Positions 14,726 through 20,000 of a DNA stretch of 20,000 nucleotides are shown here, one piece after another. Below the pieces are notes generated by a model, which had not been told where the DNA came from, ran no database searches, and was given only the letters and a program-made list of their open reading frames with translations. The translations under genes were made by a program, and so were the position numbers. The DNA is from an uncultured virus (IMG/VR IMGVR_UViG_3300028840_003967) (taxonomy: Duplodnaviria; Heunggongvirae; Uroviricota; Caudoviricetes), in IMG/VR virus record IMGVR_UViG_3300028840_003967, positions 55,834 through 75,833 of that record, one strand, 5' to 3'. Position 1 is the first letter of the stretch; every line of letters starts with the position of its first letter.

Positions 14726-14913
14726 GGTACAAGGACAGCACCGGACTCGACATCAAAGAAGGCGACTTGGTTCGCTTTCAGGGAAAGTTCTACACGATCA
14801 AGAGGTTCTTTCCAGGAAAGGGAAACATGAATACGGCAGCAATCGAGTTTGAAGAGAAGGAAGTCCACACCACAGAACTACCCGACGAGATGAACGTGGA
14901 CTTGGCAATCTAG
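14722..14913 (+). CDS. Small YopX/SH3-like beta protein
   Basis: KDSTGLDIKEGDLVRF motif (cf. D.NG.EIYEGDIV). ATGA-coupled. Confidence 0.75.
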   Translation: MRYKDSTGLDIKEGDLVRFQGKFYTIKRFFPGKGNMNTAAIEFEEKEVHTTELPDEMNVDLAI

Positions 14914-14923
14914 GAGAAGAACG

Positions 14924-15379
14924 ATGGCAGACGCATCCTTTGCCCAATGGGCGAGAAAGAACACGCCTATCCACGTAGGAGGATTGTATCTTGTCCAACA
15001 AAAGCCTAAGTCAATCGGATGCAAGTATTACCCCGAAAACACAAAGGTAGACGTGTGGATTGCCAAGTCACAACTCCTTGCGGCTGACTACGAAGAAGAA
15101 GGGATAGCCTCAACAGGTGAATCACTGATATACGAATTAGAACACGATCCGAGCGCAGTAATGTTGGACGAGTACATTTGGGTATCCCTTAGCGCATGGT
15201 TGATTCAAAGATTCACATGGCTGGACAAAGACAAAACACCAATGGAAAAGTACAAAGGAGCATTGAGAGTCATTCCCAAAGATCGAAAAAATCCACAGAA
15301 GAAAACATCATGGGAAGACGCAATAGCTTCCCTTGATCGAATCGATAAATTGGACAAGACGCGAAGAAAGGCGAGATGA
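14924..15379 (+). CDS. Hypothetical protein ending in W-helix motif
   Basis: AGGAG RBS. VWIAKSQL...AWLI core and C-terminal SWEDAIASLDRID. Confidence 0.82.
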   Translation: MADASFAQWARKNTPIHVGGLYLVQQKPKSIGCKYYPENTKVDVWIAKSQLLAADYEEEGIASTGESLIYELEHDPSAVMLDEYIWVSLSAWLIQRFTWLDKDKTPMEKYKGALRVIPKDRKNPQKKTSWEDAIASLDRIDKLDKTRRKAR

Positions 15380-15380
15380 A

Positions 15381-15698
15381 ATGCCTCTCGAACTAGGCAA
15401 TGTGTACAAAGCAAAGAACGGGAAAGAGTTTCATGTCTTCAAAAAAGTAAGAGCAGACATCGCCGCTAATGCTTGCGACATCTTTTTCGCGCACGAGTAT
15501 GTCACCTTAAATGGCTTCAATTTCGAAATGTATACGGAAATCACATACAAGTTCAACGAAGAGGGGAAATTTTATGGTGCGTTTGTGAAGGCAACAAACA
15601 AAGGCTTTTGTGTACGACAACCTTATAAGGATTGGGATTTGATTCACCCTCCTCTTTGGGAAGACGCCGTGAAAGCCATAGAAAGGTTAGACCAATGA
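15381..15698 (+). CDS. SH3-like phage protein ending in W-helix motif
   Basis: ATG at 15381 after GAAAGG. LELGNVYKAKNGKEF...FNEEGKFY...DWDLI, then LWEDAVKAIERLDQ. Confidence 0.82.
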   Translation: MPLELGNVYKAKNGKEFHVFKKVRADIAANACDIFFAHEYVTLNGFNFEMYTEITYKFNEEGKFYGAFVKATNKGFCVRQPYKDWDLIHPPLWEDAVKAIERLDQ

Positions 15699-16060
15699 TG
15701 ATCGTAGGTGACATCTACGTCACGAATTGTGGAAGAGTCTTCAGGATGGTCAAAAAGTCTTCAGCATGGTTTCCCTTTAAGGGACGCCACAGAAAGTATT
15801 ATGTCTACGACGCATTTGAACTATACAGGAATAACACAACCGGAGTGTTTGGACAAATAGACCAAGTTACGTTTCGATTCAACGCAGACGGAGTTTTCAT
15901 GGATGCGTTTTCGACAGGCCATTCTCATCGCAGTCTTCATCAAAGCGATTCTGTTGGAGGAGGATTGGACATAGTGACTTACGAAAACGAGTGGTCACGT
16001 GTTGTGGCCGCGTTCAAAAGATTGGAGAAAGCCGATGAAGAAAAAACTAAAGCCGTTTAA
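15695..16060 (+). CDS. Paralogue of 15381..15698 ending in W-helix motif
   Basis: ATGA-coupled. IVGDIYVTNCGRVF...FNADGVFM...LDIV, then EWSRVVAAFKRLE. Confidence 0.82.
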   Translation: MMIVGDIYVTNCGRVFRMVKKSSAWFPFKGRHRKYYVYDAFELYRNNTTGVFGQIDQVTFRFNADGVFMDAFSTGHSHRSLHQSDSVGGGLDIVTYENEWSRVVAAFKRLEKADEEKTKAV

Positions 16061-16283
16061 GTCCCACATGCTGTTGTTTGTCCGGGATGAAGACAAGCAA
16101 GAGGAAAACGTTTGGCTCGGAACGGAACGAATGGACATCAAAACAGCAAGAGTGAGAAGAAAACATTATCAGGAAAAGATCTTCCTTGACACGAACATCA
16201 AAGTGCGAATCCTCAAAGTGGAAATCCATCCTAAAGGCACGGTACAAAAAGGAAAGAAAGGAGAAAAAACGGATGCTTCCTGA
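16035..16283 (+). CDS. Hypothetical basic protein
   Basis: GGAG-N7-ATG at 16035. Overlaps both neighbours. Confidence 0.7.
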   Translation: MKKKLKPFKSHMLLFVRDEDKQEENVWLGTERMDIKTARVRRKHYQEKIFLDTNIKVRILKVEIHPKGTVQKGKKGEKTDAS

Positions 16284-16773
16284 AATAACCTACAGATCAG
16301 CCGTCATATCCGACGACAAAAAATATAGGTACACACTTCAACGCGCGTGGAAAAAAGGTAAAAAAGGAAGCGTGCTTTTCATTCTTCTCAACCCATCCAC
16401 GGCGGATGAAGAAAAAGACGATCCCACTATTCGGAGAGGCATTGGCTTTGCCTACAGATGGGGATATTCAAGAGTATGTTTTTGCAATCTCTTCGCGCGC
16501 CGAACCAAAGACCCTAATGTCCTGAAAAGAACAAGAAAGCCTGTCGGACGCCATAATGACGAATGGATAATAAACAGGGCTTTGATTTCGAGCCGAATTG
16601 TGGTGGCATGGGGTGCTAATGGAGGACACCAAAACAGGGATTCAGAAGTTCTGTGCATGTTGGAGCAACACAGATACGATTTCAAGTTGTACTGTTTCGG
16701 GAAAACGATGATGGGCTACCCAAAGCACATTCTCTATCTCCCGAATGACGCGAAGTTGGTTCGGTACATGTAA
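16273..16773 (+). CDS. DUF1643 family protein
   Basis: SAVISDDKKYRYTLQRAW...FILLNPSTAD...DDPTIRR...NLFA...IVVAWGANG...G.PKH.LY. AAGGAG RBS, ATG at 16273. Confidence 0.93.
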   Translation: MLPEITYRSAVISDDKKYRYTLQRAWKKGKKGSVLFILLNPSTADEEKDDPTIRRGIGFAYRWGYSRVCFCNLFARRTKDPNVLKRTRKPVGRHNDEWIINRALISSRIVVAWGANGGHQNRDSEVLCMLEQHRYDFKLYCFGKTMMGYPKHILYLPNDAKLVRYM

Positions 16774-16785
16774 AGGAAAGAAGAA

Positions 16786-16989
16786 ATGAAAGCAAACGAA
16801 TGGAAGATGCAGCTTTCCCGCGTGTGTGAATCTTGCGACGGAATAGGCATGAAAGGACATGTCTTGTGCCCTGTCTGCCGTGGAGACGGAAAGGAGATCA
16901 TCAGCATGTCGCTAAAGGATTTTATGGAAAGAATGCTTGTAGAAGACGACAACGGGACTTTGAAAATCTCCTTCGACGAAAGGGAATAA
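16786..16989 (+). CDS. Small protein with DnaJ-type CxxCxGxG zinc-finger pair
   Basis: CESCDGIG...CPVCRGDG. Confidence 0.8.
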   Translation: MKANEWKMQLSRVCESCDGIGMKGHVLCPVCRGDGKEIISMSLKDFMERMLVEDDNGTLKISFDERE

Positions 16990-16992
16990 ACC

Positions 16993-17328
16993 ATGGACAT
17001 GTTCACCATCATAGAGACATCCCGGTTCGTGAAGTGTCCGTACCACTTCGTGGAAACACTCATTCGGGCCAAAAAAGTGTTTCCGAGAAAGGTAAACGGA
17101 AAATGGTTCTTCACAAAAAAGCAAGTGGAGGAAATAAAAGTCCTCCACAAAACCCGGCTTGACCACGACAAACGAAGAAGAGCCGAATGCAGATTCATCG
17201 GAGCACACGTTACGGTCGAGATGAACGCCGCATTAGATAAACTGATGCGGAAAAAGAATCTGTCCAAATCGAAAATCCTTCGCACGGCGCTCAAGAACTA
17301 CGTCGAAAGCCAAGGAGAGAAAATATGA
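16993..17328 (+). CDS. DNA-binding protein, excisionase/MerR-like HTH fused to RHH
   Basis: N-half FTIIETSRFV...TLIRAKKVFPRKVNGKWFFTKKQVE. C-half IGAHVTVEMNAALDKLMRKKNLSKSKILRTALKNYV. Confidence 0.72.
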   Translation: MDMFTIIETSRFVKCPYHFVETLIRAKKVFPRKVNGKWFFTKKQVEEIKVLHKTRLDHDKRRRAECRFIGAHVTVEMNAALDKLMRKKNLSKSKILRTALKNYVESQGEKI

Positions 17329-17456
17329 GTAAACGGCACGAAGAAGCATTGCGCTTGCTGCGTCTGCAACGAAATGGCTATGACAAAAGAAATGAAAAAC
17401 GAAGACGCCGAAAGAGCGGCACACCAAGCAACGGAAAAAGGACAACGAAAAAATGA
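17325..17456 (+). CDS. 43-aa basic peptide
   Basis: AAGGAG RBS with ATGA overlaps at both ends. MSKRHEEALRLLRLQRNGYDKRNEKRRRRKSGTPSNGKRTTKK, below the track cutoff. Confidence 0.7.
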   Translation: MSKRHEEALRLLRLQRNGYDKRNEKRRRRKSGTPSNGKRTTKK

Positions 17457-17704
17457 CTGCTAACGAACAGCTAGTGAAATGGGTCAATGGCGATCCTGTG
17501 CATGACAAGAAACGAGACATATGTTGTCCCGATTTCTCTTGTTGCCGTCCCGAACTTCTCGCGCCCGAAGAAAGGAGGATCGAATTCCTGGGAGCCACCG
17601 AAGAGAAACGAAACGAAATGCTTTTCAAGTTTCTTGCCAAGGCCCTCCAAACAGGGACGGACAAGAAAGTCTACGTGACAGGAAAGGAGAACAGCGATGG
17701 ATAA
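17453..17704 (+). CDS. Small phage protein with CCPDFSCC motif
   Basis: QL.KWVNG.PVH....DICCPDFSCC.PEL. Coupled start. Confidence 0.8.
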   Translation: MTANEQLVKWVNGDPVHDKKRDICCPDFSCCRPELLAPEERRIEFLGATEEKRNEMLFKFLAKALQTGTDKKVYVTGKENSDG

Positions 17705-18011
17705 ACAAATGCCGGAAGTCGTTTGGGAAAACAATTTCTACCGGGCGATCCGCGCGAAGAACCGTGAGCTTCTGTTCGAAAGAAAAAGCAAAGACGCGAT
17801 GGAGATGTTGATATGGATACCTCTCGAAGAAAAATCCCTGCGCTTGTTGGTTGCCGCGATACTCCGCGATCTCGCGAAATACAAACAAGTCGCCGACGCC
17901 GCCCGAGGAATATTCGGCGCGAAACCCGAATGGGGTGAAGCACTCGCGGAACTCGGCGCTGCATTGAAGGCACTCGATTCGGAAAGAAAGGAGGAAGGCC
18001 ATGATGACTGA
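17697..18011 (+). CDS. Hypothetical helical protein
   Basis: AAAGGAG RBS. Overlaps both neighbours. Confidence 0.75.
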   Translation: MDKQMPEVVWENNFYRAIRAKNRELLFERKSKDAMEMLIWIPLEEKSLRLLVAAILRDLAKYKQVADAARGIFGAKPEWGEALAELGAALKALDSERKEEGHDD

Positions 18012-18321
18012 AGACGATGGAGTCCATCCTTGTGCGGGGCATGTACATGATGACATTGGCATCGGTTTCCATCGCTGCTCTCGCAACGGAAGCTACCACG
18101 AAGAAGGAAAATGGTGGTGCAAATCACACGCGCCGTCTGAAGTGAAAAAGAGGGATGACGCACGCGAGAAGGCATGGGAAAAAGAGCGAAAGGAAGACAA
18201 AGCCAAATGGAAACGACACGATGCCGCGCTTGAGTTGTGCGAAGGCGTTGAAACGAAAACGTTGAAGAAGCTGGGCAGGGGTTGGCTCTCGAAGCACTTG
18301 AAGAGAAAGGGGAAACGATGA
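18001..18321 (+). CDS. Hypothetical protein with C-C-C-H putative zinc finger
   Basis: PCAG...RCSRNG...WWCKSHAP followed by a charged helix. AAGGAGG RBS. Confidence 0.75.
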   Translation: MMTEDDGVHPCAGHVHDDIGIGFHRCSRNGSYHEEGKWWCKSHAPSEVKKRDDAREKAWEKERKEDKAKWKRHDAALELCEGVETKTLKKLGRGWLSKHLKRKGKR

Positions 18322-18932
18322 ACATACAACGGTACGAAGTTGCCAAAGGCTATTTATTATTTAAATGCAACGGTACTTACGTGCTCTATAAAGACTATGA
18401 AGCCAAGCACGAAGCGCGGGGCTGAACCTTCCGTCCCGGCTTCAAAGGATACGAGGTTTCAAACACAGGGAAAGTAAGAAGTTATCACTTTTCTTCTAAA
18501 ACAGCAGGAAAAAAGAAACCAGTCATACTAAAGCATAAATACGACGCATTGGGGTACGATCAGGCGATGTTATACCCCGAGCCTCAAAAACCAATTTACA
18601 GAAAGATACACCACTTAGTTCTCGACACTTTTGTCCGGCCAAGAAGAAAAGGAGAGCAATGCAGGCATCTGGACGGCAATCCAGCAAACAACAACACCAA
18701 AAACTTGAGATGGGGGACACCTAAAGAAAACGTGGCGGACAAAAGAGGACACGGGAACATGCAGAGAGGAGAGAACCATCACCAATCAAAACTAAGCGAC
18801 AAAAAGGTTCTTGAGATAAGAAGGCTTCTCAGGCAAGAATCCGCGACAAAGGGCATGTTGGCAAAGAGATTCAAAGTCAGTTTTGACGTGATACACAAGA
18901 TAGCCAAGAGAGTCACTTGGAAGCACGTCTGA
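18318..18932 (+). pseudogene. NUMOD4-HNH endonuclease with C-terminal HTH, interrupted by an in-frame TGA at 18423
   Basis: Single frame: MNIQRY...EARG*TFRPGFKGYEVSNTGKVRS (NUMOD4)...IHHLVLDTF...CRHLDGNPANNNTKNLRWGTPKEN (HNH)...SKLSDKKVLEIR...LAKRFKVS...I.KI.K..TWKHV. Confidence 0.82.
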
Positions 18933-19183
18933 ATCCCCCCGAGATAACTCCCTTCTCATAATGATGTGCCGAATCGTCGGTACACTAATATACTCTAAAA
19001 CAAATTGTTTTTGAAGAGAACCTATACTATTCTGAGCGGGGTGTCTCACTAGTCAAAGTGTTTTTGAAAACAAAAAAATTTAATGCCACGGTACAGTCTT
19101 CGTTTTTCTTTTTGGGAGAAGACGATCTTACCCGGATAAAGATGCAAGTTTCAAAACAACATGGCCGGAAAAGAAACGCCAAA

Positions 19184-19223
19184 AAAAAACGCCTCCAAGC
19201 GATTAAGCTTGAAGGCGTTTTTT
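19184..19223. terminator. Bidirectional intrinsic terminator
   Basis: A-run, then CGCCTCCAAGC-GATTAA-GCTTGAAGGCG, then T6, lying between convergent transcription units. Confidence 0.85.
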
Positions 19224-19237
19224 ATGCGCCGAAACTT

Positions 19238-19732
19238 CTAGCGCGCGGCCTTGCGCTTTGCCTTTTTCTTGCTCGTCTTCTTGCTCGTCTTCTTGCTCGT
19301 CTTCTTCTTGGCCTTTTTCTTGCTCGTCTTCTTGCTCGTCTTCTTCTTGGCCTTTTTCTTGCTCATCTTTTCCTTTTCCTCATCTCTCTTGTACTTCGCT
19401 TCGGATACGATGGTGTATTTTGCGAGGGGGGAAAGATCGTAAATCGTTTTCGGACGTAGGTCCGCGACCGCATCGACAAGCGCGGCCTTGCAATCCTTCG
19501 GTCGGGCCTTTTCCCCCGCCGGAAGGAAAAGAGGAACACAAGTAAGATGGAACGACCCATCTTTCGATACCACTCCGAGGATTCGCATATACTTCCGCTT
19601 TTGAACGTACCGGACGCAACGGGGCAACTCCTCCTGAAGCCTTTTGACGCCTTTTACGTCGCCGATTGCGTTCGCATGATCCGCCAGCTTTTTTGAAAAA
19701 CCTTTGACAGTCCACTTGATTAGCGCACTCAT
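19238..19732 (-). CDS. Hypothetical protein with histone-H1-like Lys-rich C-terminal tail
   Basis: GGAGGAAAG upstream. The tail SKKKAKKKTSKKTSKKKAKKKTSKKTSKKTSKKKAKRKAAR is encoded by 12-bp and 39-bp repeats. Confidence 0.8.
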   Translation of the reverse strand: MSALIKWTVKGFSKKLADHANAIGDVKGVKRLQEELPRCVRYVQKRKYMRILGVVSKDGSFHLTCVPLFLPAGEKARPKDCKAALVDAVADLRPKTIYDLSPLAKYTIVSEAKYKRDEEKEKMSKKKAKKKTSKKTSKKKAKKKTSKKTSKKTSKKKAKRKAAR

Positions 19733-19793
19733 CTTTTCTTTCCTCCATGCTGAAAACGGGATTGGAAACGAAGCCTAGCCTACAAAGGCTAGA

Positions 19794-20000
19794 CTAAAAA
19801 TGCAGCCTAAAAAGAAAGGCTGCATTGCCTTGCAGAATCGGGCGAGTCGGAAAATTTTGGTCGACCCTTTCGCCAGACTCAACGGAGTAGCTTAATCTTG
19901 ATTTTATCTCGTCGAGGTCTGGCCATTGATCGCGCGGCAGGTACCGCAATCTCCACAAGGGCATGTTTTCCAAATCATCCAACAGATCGTGAGCCGTTGT
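19794..20000 (-). CDS. 3' part of a hypothetical gene starting beyond the window
   Basis: The frame is open from position 20000 (TTAHDLLDDLENMPLWRLRYLPRDQW...) to the TAG at 19794. Confidence 0.55.
   Translation of the reverse strand, partial: TTAHDLLDDLENMPLWRLRYLPRDQWPDLDEIKSRLSYSVESGERVDQNFPTRPILQGNAAFLFRLHF

Noticed and set aside
16786..16989. DnaJ chaperone
   Set aside because: Only two CxxCxGxG repeats in 67 aa, with no J-domain or HPD motif.
17931..17990. WGEALAELGAALKALD as another copy of the C-terminal W-helix tag
   Set aside because: The position is similar but it lacks the [ED]-[RK] pair at the conserved spacing and lies outside the cluster. It is not counted, though a profile search should test it.
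12997..18425. Genome-wide TGA recoding suggested by in-frame TGAs at 12997, 13158 and 18423
   Set aside because: Many genes end in TGA with clean ATGA overlaps, TGG is used for Trp throughout, and one pseudogene also has a TAG. The standard code with local lesions fits better.
19058..19545. Plus-strand Leu/Phe-rich or Ser/Cys-rich ORFs that look like membrane proteins
   Set aside because: Reverse-complement artefacts of the Lys-rich repeat in 19238..19732. One also crosses the terminator.
19775..19792. CTAGCCT-ACAA-AGGCTAG hairpin as a terminator
   Set aside because: Short 7-bp stem without a convincing U-tract on the coding strand.

Overview
The window is a segment of a tailed dsDNA phage or prophage genome. 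The host is possibly in the Planctomycetota/PVC group, a weak inference from heptamer repeats and a DUF6941-like gene. No capsid, terminase, integrase, tRNA, rRNA or CRISPR array is visible. 1-12831 is a minus-strand block. In transcription order it holds small regulators (DUF3820-like, DUF6941-like, tandem HTH, RHH), a degenerate sulfotransferase-like gene, a holin-like/lipoprotein module, several very basic low-complexity proteins and a CxxCxxCC protein. It ends in a cluster of virion appendage genes (fibres, two DUF2190-like paralogues, a LamG protein) that share terminal motifs and include a GC-rich swapped segment. A divergent control region at about 12850-12940 has sigma70-like promoters and a palindrome that recurs at 11919. 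12940-18932 is a tightly coupled plus-strand 'early-type' array of small genes, including DUF1643, a Zn-finger, an HTH-RHH fusion and a nonsense-interrupted NUMOD4-HNH. The most striking signal is a shared C-terminal helix motif, W-[ENS]-x-[AGV]-[VIL]-x-[AS]-x-[EDK]-[RK]-[LIV]. It ends five intact genes from at least three unrelated families plus two decayed remnants, and in several copies the same DNA also supplies the ribosome-binding site of the next gene. A bidirectional terminator at about 19184-19223 separates this array from a convergent minus-strand gene with a histone-H1-like tail. All family names come from motif recognition by eye, not from database searches.
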